Shown here piece after piece: positions 17,455 through 26,542 of a stretch of DNA of 64,000 nucleotides (its first letter is position 1; every line of letters begins with the position of its first letter). Source of the stretch: Halieaceae bacterium (GTDB lineage Bacteria; Pseudomonadota; Gammaproteobacteria; Pseudomonadales; Halieaceae); the NCBI GenBank assembly GCA_047618115.1, contig JBLHKV010000001.1, forward strand, positions 267 to 64,266. The letters run 5' to 3'. The notes under the pieces are model-generated. The model was not told the origin of the DNA. It searched no databases and worked only from the letters and a program-made list of their open reading frames with translations. A program made the translations under genes and the position numbers.

Positions 17455-19995
17455 ATGAACAATTCCAATATCCAACGCGCGCTTTCGATTAGCGCTGCAT
17501 ATGCACTCAGTCTTACCGTTCCATTGAGCACACACGCCGCTGCGGAGCGCGCCGTTTTAGAAGAAATTGTGGTAACTGCAAGGCGGATTGAGGAGAACAT
17601 CCAGGATGTTCCCATCTCTATTGCTGTTTACACCCAGGCACAACTCACCGACCTTAATGTCACAAGTGCAGTGGATCTCGCAACTATCACACCCTCGGTT
17701 GCAGCCAATCCCTCTTTCGGCTCCGAGAACGCCAGCCTTGCCATTCGGGGTTTTAATCAGGATATCGATACGGCACCGTCTGTCGGCGTCTACTTTGCCG
17801 ACGTTATCGTACCGCGTGGCGCGACCCAGGGAACCGGATCCCGTGATGTTCTCCTGCCGGGAAGCATGTTCGACCTGCAGAACATTCAGGTACTGAAGGG
17901 GCCTCGGGGCACCCTATTCGGTCGTAACACAACTGGCGGTGCGGTTTTGCTGGTGCCACAGAAGCCGAGCAATGTACTGAGCGGCTACGTGGAAACTTCA
18001 GTCGGCAACTACGATATGCAGCGTCTCCAGGCCATGGCCAACGTGCCGCTGGGTGATAGTGCCGGTCTGCGTATAGCCGCCGACCGGCAGCGGCGGGATG
18101 GCTACCTTGAAAATACCTTGAATTCCGGATCGAAGGATTTTGAAGACCTCAACTACGAGGCTCTGCGCGTCAGCCTGGTCTGGGATATCACAGAAAATCT
18201 CGAGAACTACACAGTAGCGTCGCACTACAAATCTGATACCCACGGGACTCTGACCAAACTGATCGCCTGTAATCCAACCGGCTATGACCCAGTTAACATC
18301 GTTACAGGCCTTCCCAATTTTATCGGCGGTCTCTCCTGCGGCCAGCTCGACTCGGAGGCATCGCAGGGCGCGGGCTTCCACGACGTAGCCACCCCCGCCA
18401 GGGGCACCTCACTCATCGAGCAGTGGCAGGTAATCAACACTACAACCTGGAATCTGGATGAGACGCACAGAATCAAAAACATCCTCAGTTATGGCGAGTA
18501 CCAGAACACCCAGCACACGCCGTTGTTTGGCACAAACTGGCAGGTCGAGACGCTGCCCCCGCCCTACCCTGCGCTCTTCTTCCGCGATGTCCCGCAAGTC
18601 TTTACCGGTATCAACGCGGCGCCGGGGCGCCATTCTGCAGATCAGTCCACCTACACTGAGGAATTACAGTTACAGGGCTCTTCACTGCAAGAGCGCCTCA
18701 CGTACCAGATCGGGGTCTATTTCGAGTGGAGCGACCCGGAAAGTGACTCAGGCAACCAGTCGGCCACACTGTTGATTTGCGAAGACTTTGCCAGGCTTGA
18801 ATGCATCGATCCACTCGGGAGCGCTTTCACGCCTCTGGCCGGAATGCCAATCAACATTGGCGCTGCCGGAGACGGCATAGGCCAGACCACGTTCCGTAAT
18901 CAAGGCCTCTACGCGCATTCAACCTATGACTTCACCGACCAGCTGAAGCTGACAACTGGCATTCGCTACACATGGGATGAACAGAAAAGTGATCGCTATG
19001 GCTTCACAACAGTGTTCCCAGTCACACCGCCTTATGCTGGCGCGCCAACCACGAATTGTACGGATATTTCGACACAGCCAACCTGCAAGCAATCCCGGGA
19101 ATCAAAGTCCGACAAACCCACCTGGCTGGTCGGACTAGACTATTTCCCCGTCGACGACGTGATGATTTATGGGAAGTATGCTCGCGGCTACCGTGCTGGT
19201 GGCATCGTCTCCCGGGGGCCCTTTGATTACAGCACATTCGACGCCGAAAAGCTGGATAGTTACGAGCTGGGGCTCAAAACCAGTTTCCTGGGGGCCGTTA
19301 GAGGAACGTTCAATGTAGCGATCTTTTATAACGAGCTTTCCAATCAGCAGTTTCAGATCGGCTTTGGACCCGGTATTGATGAGAACGGCAACGCCTCCAC
19401 CGTCGCACCGACAACCGGTATCGTGAATGCGGGCGAGTCGACGATATATGGCGCGGAGATCGAGGCCTCATTAATACCCATGGAGGGGCTCATCCTAAAC
19501 TTGAGCTATACCTTTCTCGATACGGAAATCAAACAGCTCGACGAAATAGCGACCATCGATCCGCTTTACCAGGCAGACAATGATGCTATTGAACCCGGAT
19601 CTCCGATCTTCCAAACACCGAAAAATCAACTCAATCTATCAGCAAATTATGAGCTGCCACTGGATGAAGGCTTTGGCCGTATCTCCCTGGGGCTAACATA
19701 CGTCTATATAGATGACCGGTTGACCACCTACACGTATCAGGACCCCGAAGTATTGGCTATCTACGGCGGGGATCTGGGTCAGCTCTCCAGCATTGAGCTC
19801 TGGAACGCCAATCTGAACTGGAACAATGCGGCTGGGCTGCCCATAGACTTGTCCTTTTTCGTCACGAACCTGCTCGATGAAGAGTATTACGGATATGTGC
19901 CCGGCCTGGGAGCCAACGGGCTTGAGACTGCGGTACTTGGGCAACCGCGCATGTACGGCCTGCGTTTGCGGTATCGACTTGGGGATGGTCCATAA
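17455..19995 (+). CDS. TonB-dependent outer-membrane receptor
   Basis: 846 aa. Signal peptide ..LTVPLSTHAAA. Plug region LEEIVVTARRIEENIQDVPISIAVYT and IQVLKGPRGTLFGRNTTGGAVLL. Long beta-barrel-like C-terminal part. Confidence 0.9.
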   Translation: MNNSNIQRALSISAAYALSLTVPLSTHAAAERAVLEEIVVTARRIEENIQDVPISIAVYTQAQLTDLNVTSAVDLATITPSVAANPSFGSENASLAIRGFNQDIDTAPSVGVYFADVIVPRGATQGTGSRDVLLPGSMFDLQNIQVLKGPRGTLFGRNTTGGAVLLVPQKPSNVLSGYVETSVGNYDMQRLQAMANVPLGDSAGLRIAADRQRRDGYLENTLNSGSKDFEDLNYEALRVSLVWDITENLENYTVASHYKSDTHGTLTKLIACNPTGYDPVNIVTGLPNFIGGLSCGQLDSEASQGAGFHDVATPARGTSLIEQWQVINTTTWNLDETHRIKNILSYGEYQNTQHTPLFGTNWQVETLPPPYPALFFRDVPQVFTGINAAPGRHSADQSTYTEELQLQGSSLQERLTYQIGVYFEWSDPESDSGNQSATLLICEDFARLECIDPLGSAFTPLAGMPINIGAAGDGIGQTTFRNQGLYAHSTYDFTDQLKLTTGIRYTWDEQKSDRYGFTTVFPVTPPYAGAPTTNCTDISTQPTCKQSRESKSDKPTWLVGLDYFPVDDVMIYGKYARGYRAGGIVSRGPFDYSTFDAEKLDSYELGLKTSFLGAVRGTFNVAIFYNELSNQQFQIGFGPGIDENGNASTVAPTTGIVNAGESTIYGAEIEASLIPMEGLILNLSYTFLDTEIKQLDEIATIDPLYQADNDAIEPGSPIFQTPKNQLNLSANYELPLDEGFGRISLGLTYVYIDDRLTTYTYQDPEVLAIYGGDLGQLSSIELWNANLNWNNAAGLPIDLSFFVTNLLDEEYYGYVPGLGANGLETAVLGQPRMYGLRLRYRLGDGP

Positions 19996-20000
19996 AGGCG

Positions 20001-21275
20001 CTAGGCCCGTGTTAAATCAACATGCAGATCTGCCAATCCACGGATGATGTAGCTTGGTTCATATTTTAATATGCGATCATCAGGCGTTCCGTGCTGCTCC
20101 TCATTAAGAGAAATATGGGATGTCTGTGCCAGGAAATGCTCCAAAATAACGACCACTTCCGCCCTGGCCAGAGGCGCGCCGGCACAGGTATGCGCACCAC
20201 GACCAAAGGCCAGATGTTCACGAATGCGTGGTCGGTTAAACTGGAACTCATTGGGATTTTCCCAGCGGCGGGGATCACGGTTGGCCGCTGCCAGTCCCAC
20301 TATAATGCGTTTGCCGGCCGGTACGAGGACATCACCAATTTTGGTATCCCTAACCGCCAGCCGAAATGTCGCCTTGGTCGAGCCTTCCAGGCGCAATACT
20401 TCTTCCAGTAATCCCGGAATCAAACTTGGGTCTGCTCGCAGAGCATCCTGAAGCCCTGGCGTATCGGTAATAAAACGCGTCGCATTACTGAGTAGCTTCG
20501 CACTTGTGTCTTGTCCCGCCCCAAACATAAAAGTGGACAATTTAACCAGTTCGACCAAATCCGGCAGGGACCCATCAGGATAAGTAAAAGCGGCTAGCTC
20601 GCTCAGAATATCCTCACCTGGCTTATCGCGGCGGGCTTGAAGATACTCGAAGAAGAACATACCCATAAATTCCAACGGCGAAGGACCTTCCGTCTCCGTA
20701 CTTTCCATATCACCCGGCGGTGGTGCCGCATCTATGACTTCCCTAAATTTGTCTCTATCTTCCGAAGGCACACCCAGTAGATCTGCAACAACCATCGTGA
20801 CATAGGGTGTGGCAATGCCATTCACCATTTCGCAATGACCATCCGCAACGGCCTCTCTTACCAGTCGGTCAGAGTAGCGGGTCATAAACCCCTTGTTAGC
20901 CTTCAACCTAGTCGGAGTGAACAAGCGGTTAACAATGGAGCGCACTTTGGAATGCAACTCGCCATCGTAGGCGACTACCAGACCGTAGGGGTCAATTTCC
21001 GCCCGATGAGCCTCCAATTGCTCGGAAATATCGCTCCCCACAGGTTCAAATGGCAGCAGTTGTGCGGCGCCAGAAGTGCTAATGACAGATGAAAAATCTT
21101 TATTGTTTCTCAGTACTTCCACTGATTCTTCATAGCCAGTGACAAAAAGCACATCATGGGTTTTCATCTGGTAGACAGAACCCTGAGCCCGAATTTCTTC
21201 AAAGTATTCATAGGGATTTAGCAGTACAGAGAGATCCGTAAAGTAATCACGCTCAATAAACTTAGTGCTAGTCAT
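20001..21275 (-). CDS. cytochrome P450
   Basis: 424 aa. Haem loop FGRGAHTCAGAPLARAE. ExxR in EEVLRLEG. Confidence 0.95.
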   Translation of the reverse strand: MTSTKFIERDYFTDLSVLLNPYEYFEEIRAQGSVYQMKTHDVLFVTGYEESVEVLRNNKDFSSVISTSGAAQLLPFEPVGSDISEQLEAHRAEIDPYGLVVAYDGELHSKVRSIVNRLFTPTRLKANKGFMTRYSDRLVREAVADGHCEMVNGIATPYVTMVVADLLGVPSEDRDKFREVIDAAPPPGDMESTETEGPSPLEFMGMFFFEYLQARRDKPGEDILSELAAFTYPDGSLPDLVELVKLSTFMFGAGQDTSAKLLSNATRFITDTPGLQDALRADPSLIPGLLEEVLRLEGSTKATFRLAVRDTKIGDVLVPAGKRIIVGLAAANRDPRRWENPNEFQFNRPRIREHLAFGRGAHTCAGAPLARAEVVVILEHFLAQTSHISLNEEQHGTPDDRILKYEPSYIIRGLADLHVDLTRA

Positions 21276-21291
21276 GCTTTACTCTCCCGCG

Positions 21292-21327
21292 ATGCAACTT
21301 ACCTGGAATGCGACTTACCTGGAATGC
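21292..21327. repeat. 16-bp tandem repeat, 2.25 copies (ATGCAACTTACCTGGA / ATGCGACTTACCTGGA / ATGC)
   Basis: Read directly from the sequence; one mismatch between the units. It lies 17-52 nt upstream of the P450 ATG (21275, minus strand), in the ferredoxin-P450 spacer. Confidence 0.9.
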
Positions 21328-21383
21328 TATATGCCCAAGGGTTGGAAACCATCCACATGGTGCGCTAATTTCCAGACGCCGTT

Positions 21384-21701
21384 TTAACCTTCTTCAGCAA
21401 CAGTGACCCGCATTCGATCGTGTTTATCCGTTAATCGAATCTGGCAGGAAAGACGGGAATAGCCATTGCGATTCTCCGAACCAAATAGCAGCCCATCTTC
21501 ATCCTCAGTCAGGGGTGGCAGTTTTGCCATGGAAGTGGGATCAATGTGAACATGGCAAGTGGCGCAGGAACAAATCCCGCCACAAATGGCCAGGAGCTCA
21601 TCTATTCCCCCATCACATAAAGCCTGCATCAGCGTTATTCCCTCAGAGAACTCCACAGGTTTTGCCTCACCATTTCTCTGGGTAACAATAATTTCTGGCA
21701 T
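21384..21701 (-). CDS. [2Fe-2S] ferredoxin, adrenodoxin/putidaredoxin type
   Basis: 105 aa. Cys ligand pattern C-x5-C-x2-C (CGGICSCATCH) plus a distal Cys in SRLSCQI. Directly upstream of the P450. Confidence 0.9.
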   Translation of the reverse strand: MPEIIVTQRNGEAKPVEFSEGITLMQALCDGGIDELLAICGGICSCATCHVHIDPTSMAKLPPLTEDEDGLLFGSENRNGYSRLSCQIRLTDKHDRMRVTVAEEG

Positions 21702-21772
21702 TGAGAGCCTCCTGAAATTGCGTGGCTGCGAAGTGCTGTAGCAGTGCCTGTTAATCGACTGAATATTTTATG

Positions 21773-21789
21773 TGATACTACGTGTATCA
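21773..21789. promoter_or_regulatory. perfect 6+6 inverted repeat TGATAC tacgt GTATCA; candidate operator of the adjacent TetR
   Basis: Lies in the 200-bp divergent spacer between the ferredoxin-P450 genes (minus) and the TetR gene (plus). A related site is at 15933..15949. Confidence 0.45.
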
Positions 21790-21901
21790 TATATTTTTTC
21801 ATGTACCTGTCAACGAAAATACCAGTGATCTCAGATATTTAGTGAGAATACTCCGTCTGGAAATAGGTATAATTCCGCAACCTAACAAACAATCGATAGC
21901 A

Positions 21902-22474
21902 ATGATAAACCGAGCCGAAGCGCCCACACACGATAAAACCGACGCCAGAAAGATCCGCTCGCGGGATGCGCTCTATGCCGCCTTTCTTAATTTGCTGGAA
22001 CAAAAGCCCCTGGAACAGCTATCCATCCGCGAAATCGCCGCAGCGGCTGATGTGGGGCACGCTACTTTTTATCGTCATTACCGTAGTAAAGAAGCTCTGC
22101 TGGATGATCTGGCCGCAGACGAGATACGTCGAGTGGTCGACCTATCCCTGGAAGTTATGTACATTGCCGATAACAAGGCAGCATGCCTCGCACTGTGCAG
22201 CTACGTGTACGAACACCGCACCTTATGGACTACCCTATTAACCGGGGGAGCGACTGCGACGGTAAGAGAAGAATTACTGCGCATATCCCGCGAAGTGGCA
22301 GCAGAAACACCGGCGACCCCCAAGGCCCAATTACCCAAAGAGCTCAGTGTTATTCTGACAGTCACCGCGATGATAGAAACTCTTTCCTGGTGGTTAAACC
22401 AGGATGAACCCCTACCCGCTGAGAAAGTGGCCAGCTATATCGATCAGATAATTACATCCGACGCCTTCGTTTGA
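21902..22474 (+). CDS. TetR/AcrR-family transcriptional regulator
   Basis: Start re-called to the ATG at 21902 (MINRAEAPTHDK..). HTH region LSIREIAAAADVGHATFYRHYRSKEALL. Confidence 0.85.
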   Translation: MINRAEAPTHDKTDARKIRSRDALYAAFLNLLEQKPLEQLSIREIAAAADVGHATFYRHYRSKEALLDDLAADEIRRVVDLSLEVMYIADNKAACLALCSYVYEHRTLWTTLLTGGATATVREELLRISREVAAETPATPKAQLPKELSVILTVTAMIETLSWWLNQDEPLPAEKVASYIDQIITSDAFV

Positions 22475-22556
22475 CTGGCTGAAGTTTCTGAGTGCCACTT
22501 ACTGCACGATTAGTACATCGCTAGTTGAGGCGTAATTTGGCTATGGCTTTCGGCAA

Positions 22557-22597
22557 GTGGAAAATGGGAGAACTGATCCTCTAGGTCCCATTTTCAC
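22557..22597. terminator. putative stem-loop between convergent genes
   Basis: 10-bp perfect stem (22560-22569 GAAAATGGGA pairs with 22586-95 TCCCATTTTC), plus 2 more pairs after a 1-nt bulge. The loop is 16 nt. There is no clean U-tract on either strand. Confidence 0.35.
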
Positions 22598-22652
22598 CCG
22601 TTGGATCAGAGTTTACTGCCAAGAGCCTTAGACGACTCCCAGCACATATGTC

Positions 22653-24179
22653 CTATTTGAGGATGTTCGATTGATCGCCAGCCGTCTGTATATCTTTGGC
22701 GTCCTCTTCCAGGATAAATCCGGACTGGAGTGCAGACTGAGTTGCGTCATTCCACGCCGATCTAAAGTTTTCATGGGTTTGGTAAGTTTCGAGCAGTTGT
22801 GCTTCAGTAAATGGCACGGTGATACCAAACAGAAAACAAAACACGCCGGTTCCGCCACTCAGCTGACCTAAGCCGTTGATTCGTGCCACAGGGGCATCGA
22901 CCGCAGGGGTGCGAATACCGCCAAGTACGTTGCCGAATTCGTCCTCTTTGTACACAAGTGGGCTGATACTTACAGTCTCTAGGCGCGACGCGTTGGAAGG
23001 TACTGTGCCATCGACCAGCCAGTTATTCAGTGATCGGATTAAGGCTCGCATGACAAAAGTTGCCGGCCCGGTGTTGATTGGCGTTGCACAGCTGAAGCCG
23101 TCGCTGGGGTCCGACGTTGGATTGCGCATGGATTCGAACCACTCTGCGACCGTCTCTGGCTCTCCCGTATCGTCCTGTGCCTGCATTAATCCATATTGGT
23201 CGAAGTGCGCGGTTCCAGCCACTTCCCATAAACGAAACAATGGGCCGTCGTCTTGGCGGGACACCACACTGCCTTGATCATTCTCATTGGCAAAGACCAT
23301 AACGGGATCGGTGAGATCATCTCGAATGTAAGAGGGCGAAGGAGCTGCCACGGTCTCCAATGGAGACTGGGTCAGTGGCGAACCCGCCCCACTGCGGCTA
23401 TGCACCACAAAGGCGTCGTACACGTCTGCCAGCGGGTGCGCGGCGTTGATATACGTTATGAGACGTCCAGCGGACTGAGATTCTCCTGCAGCCATCACGC
23501 GCTTCGGTATTAGTCCTCCCAGCAACAAGGAAAACTGGTCTCGAACGGCTTGTCCCGCTTGGGAAAATATATCGTAAGAGTAACTGTCACCGGGGTGAAG
23601 TAAGCTTTCGTATCGAACTGGATCTCCCGCAGCTCTGCAACCCGGCCCCGCCATTGGACAGGTGAGCTGTCCTAGCCCGACGGCCTGCGCTGAGACTCCC
23701 ACCCAGGAGTAGCCTTCTCGAATGAGCTCCACATGCATATGTTGCCAGTCGGGGCTTGCGTCTACGCCTCCGCTAACGTTGAACCACTCCACAACAACGG
23801 AACCGTTGAACTTACTGGGATCGATCGGTCGATTCACGACCATCCGTGTTTTATAGAAGGCGGGTGAAAAAGGTTCAACTGACCATTTCCCGTCGCTAAG
23901 GATTGGGTCTACGGGTGTGTAGGCGTCGGCGGTCCCTTCGAAAAAGAATTCTAATTGCTCGTAGCCAACGTCTCCCAAATTAAACGCAGCGTGTCCGAAG
24001 ACCACAGGTATGCCATTTCCTCCGCTGGCAATCGTGACGGACGCTGCCGCAGCTTTTCCGCGCGCCTTCTGAGGATCGGCTGGAGATAACGAATCGCCGC
24101 TATCCGAGCAGGCGCTTAGAAATAGCGCTAGTGCCGCTGCGTAAAAAGAGAACGTGATCATCTTGCTAGTAATATTCAT
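22653..24179 (-). CDS. lipoprotein, alpha/beta-hydrolase-like (function unknown)
   Basis: Start re-called to the ATG at 24179. MNITSKMITFSFYAAALALFLSAC carries a lipobox (LSAC). A possible nucleophile elbow is AAGESQSAGRL. I cannot name the family. Confidence 0.7.
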   Translation of the reverse strand: MNITSKMITFSFYAAALALFLSACSDSGDSLSPADPQKARGKAAAASVTIASGGNGIPVVFGHAAFNLGDVGYEQLEFFFEGTADAYTPVDPILSDGKWSVEPFSPAFYKTRMVVNRPIDPSKFNGSVVVEWFNVSGGVDASPDWQHMHVELIREGYSWVGVSAQAVGLGQLTCPMAGPGCRAAGDPVRYESLLHPGDSYSYDIFSQAGQAVRDQFSLLLGGLIPKRVMAAGESQSAGRLITYINAAHPLADVYDAFVVHSRSGAGSPLTQSPLETVAAPSPSYIRDDLTDPVMVFANENDQGSVVSRQDDGPLFRLWEVAGTAHFDQYGLMQAQDDTGEPETVAEWFESMRNPTSDPSDGFSCATPINTGPATFVMRALIRSLNNWLVDGTVPSNASRLETVSISPLVYKEDEFGNVLGGIRTPAVDAPVARINGLGQLSGGTGVFCFLFGITVPFTEAQLLETYQTHENFRSAWNDATQSALQSGFILEEDAKDIQTAGDQSNILK

Positions 24180-24385
24180 TGTTATGGTCCATTGCGATCG
24201 GCGGGTCAAATGCTTACGCGAGTATATGGTTACTTCCTTTTGGCAGTATAGCCGCTCCCAGCTCCGCTTTATCGTAACGAAATCAACGAGACTGACCCCT
24301 TGATCTACTTGATCTTTTTTGGGATCGTATTGGATCGACGACCACATCGATATATACAGTACCGCCCAGTAGTTGGAGCGCACAC

Positions 24386-26542
24386 CTACTGCACGACCAC
24401 ACCAACTTCCTTGAAGTTTTGCACGAGAGTCAGATTGGCAGGATTCAAGAGTCCGTCGCGCTGCCCATTCACGGTCAGCCGAATGGCGTAAGTGCCCGGC
24501 GCCGGGAAGGTGATCGTGCGGTTGACGTTGACCAGCGGCTGCGGCTTTTCGACGACCGTCGCCGGGTCCGCGGTGCCGGCCACGGTCCAGTTATACTGAA
24601 CGACCTGACCGGTCATCGGCGGCATCTCGATCCTGGCGGCCAGGTTCACTGGCTGATTCACACCGACCACCGCGCGAGCGCCGCCATTGGCTGTGAGGTT
24701 CATCACCGGCTGCAGGCCGTGTCGGTCGGCCGCCTGCGCTGCAGGGACAACCTGGCCATTACGGAGGGTGTAGCTTGTCGAATGCGGCGGCGCGATGCCC
24801 TTCTCGGCCCAGGCCATCAGGTCCTGCATCGACTGCTGGAAGATGCCCGGCTCACCGGCGCCCTTGGCATGGCGACCGTTATCATGGAGGTAGAAGCGCA
24901 TCATGTCGTTGGCCCTGGCAGGTCCCAGGGTCTTCTGAATCCGCTCGGCGTAGCCCACGTTGAAAATAGGCCAGGACAGATGGTCCGCCATGCCTTCCAG
25001 AACCATCACCTTGGTCTTGATATCTCCGGTTTCGATACGGCCGCCCATCGTACGGTAGTTGGAGTACGAGAGCACACTGATGTCCTTCCGCTGGGGGTAT
25101 TTGGCCGACCCGTCGGCATGCCGGTACTGGTCGTGACTACGAACCCCGGGGATGTTGCTGTGGCGCGGGTAGTAGTACATTGCCAGGATGAATCGATTGT
25201 TGATCCGGATCTTGCTGCCGACCCTCAGAGCGTTGAGCAGGACCCGGCTATTAGTAATGGGCGACGTGCCCCCGAAAATATCCTTGTTGGTGCCGATCAG
25301 CGTCAGCGTGCCCGTAGCTGTATCAAGTTTGCCCATAAGGCTGAACCGACGCTTATTGTCTGTAGGGACCCCCACCGCTCGGGCCGGGTCGATCAGGCGC
25401 GTCTTGCCGTCTGCGGCATAGACCCAATACTCCAGATAGTTGTCGCCGGTAGTACCCAGTGCTGGGAACGTCGCCGGATCGAACTGGATCGCGGTCGGCG
25501 CGCCCGCCATGTCGTGGGTGATGCCAGTGATCGTCGCCCAGCCGTCGACATGGGCGGCCCTCAGGTAGTTCGGCGGGTTGGCTCCTGCGTGGCCGGGCCT
25601 GGACCAAAAATCGTCCTCATAGCTTGGGTCCGCGAGGCGGATGTCGATCGGGTCGACGAGGGGCGTGAGCATGGTGAAGTGCTTGCCGATGATTGCGAGA
25701 GGGTATCCGGCGGCGAGAAACTCGTTCAGTACTGACTTCTCCTCCTCATTGAGCCCGGCATAGATGTCGCCCGTGCCGCCCGGGACGGCAGCCGCGGCGA
25801 TTGCGTCGCGCTTCGCTTGGGGAATCGCCATCGTATAGTGCGCCTGCCAGTAGAAAGAGTGGTACGGGGCATCGCCGCTGGTCCCGATACACTGCGGCTG
25901 CACGCCGTCCCATACGCCTGTCACGTTCTCGGCCGCGGCCATCGCCACCGTGCCACCACCGCTGCATCCCCAGAAGTAGCTGTAGGTTTTGGCGGTGTTG
26001 CCGTAGAGCTTGTTGGCATAGGCTTTGGCGACCTTGGTGGCGGCAGCCTCGTGGCGATGGCTCGCGACGGCGTTGGGTACGCTGGCGCTCATCCAGTTCA
26101 CGGAAAAGGCGCCGTTGGTGAAGGCCATCCGATTGTCGACAACGCCTCCCCCGGTCGGATGCTGACCTTCGAAGGAGCGGTTCTGCCAGAATTGCTTTGC
26201 CGGGAACCTCAAGACGTAGTTCTGCTGAAAAGTGGTCGGACTTTGGCGCACGCCGGCGGGCAGGGCTTCCACGGTCTTCGTGGCGGGGAAGTGCCCCGTG
26301 ACCTGGGTGTAGGGAATCAGCGGACCGTCGGGTACCTGCAAGGTCAACTGCTCCGTTGCCGCGATGACGAACGTGTTTTCGTTGTAATCCGGATCGGTGC
26401 AGGTCCCATCGATGAGCAACTGCGGCTCGACACCGGTGTCCCTGTTCATCTGGCTGGCGGGGGCGAACTGGCATGGAGCCGCTACAGCGGGCAATGCAGC
26501 CAGGCCCAGCACGAATGCACTAGCAGCGGCAGCAAATTGCAT
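24386..26542 (-). CDS. exported tannase/feruloyl-esterase-family hydrolase with a C-terminal PKD/Ig-like domain
   Basis: Family motif YFWGCSGGG. Signal peptide MQFAAAASAFVLGLAALPAVAAP if the start is ATG 26542 (the track start 26614 is also possible). C-terminal ..YNWTVAGT..ITFPAPGTYAIRLTVNG. G+C is strikingly high compared with the flanks. Confidence 0.8.
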   Translation of the reverse strand: MQFAAAASAFVLGLAALPAVAAPCQFAPASQMNRDTGVEPQLLIDGTCTDPDYNENTFVIAATEQLTLQVPDGPLIPYTQVTGHFPATKTVEALPAGVRQSPTTFQQNYVLRFPAKQFWQNRSFEGQHPTGGGVVDNRMAFTNGAFSVNWMSASVPNAVASHRHEAAATKVAKAYANKLYGNTAKTYSYFWGCSGGGTVAMAAAENVTGVWDGVQPQCIGTSGDAPYHSFYWQAHYTMAIPQAKRDAIAAAAVPGGTGDIYAGLNEEEKSVLNEFLAAGYPLAIIGKHFTMLTPLVDPIDIRLADPSYEDDFWSRPGHAGANPPNYLRAAHVDGWATITGITHDMAGAPTAIQFDPATFPALGTTGDNYLEYWVYAADGKTRLIDPARAVGVPTDNKRRFSLMGKLDTATGTLTLIGTNKDIFGGTSPITNSRVLLNALRVGSKIRINNRFILAMYYYPRHSNIPGVRSHDQYRHADGSAKYPQRKDISVLSYSNYRTMGGRIETGDIKTKVMVLEGMADHLSWPIFNVGYAERIQKTLGPARANDMMRFYLHDNGRHAKGAGEPGIFQQSMQDLMAWAEKGIAPPHSTSYTLRNGQVVPAAQAADRHGLQPVMNLTANGGARAVVGVNQPVNLAARIEMPPMTGQVVQYNWTVAGTADPATVVEKPQPLVNVNRTITFPAPGTYAIRLTVNGQRDGLLNPANLTLVQNFKEVGVVVQ

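Noticed and set aside
19951-19995. The TonB-dependent receptor ends ..RLRYRLGDGP rather than with the usual C-terminal aromatic residue
   Set aside because: The penultimate strand (YGLRLRYRL) looks like a normal terminal beta-strand followed by a 4-residue tail. That is within normal family variation, and I cannot exclude a sequencing-dependent stop. It is not informative.
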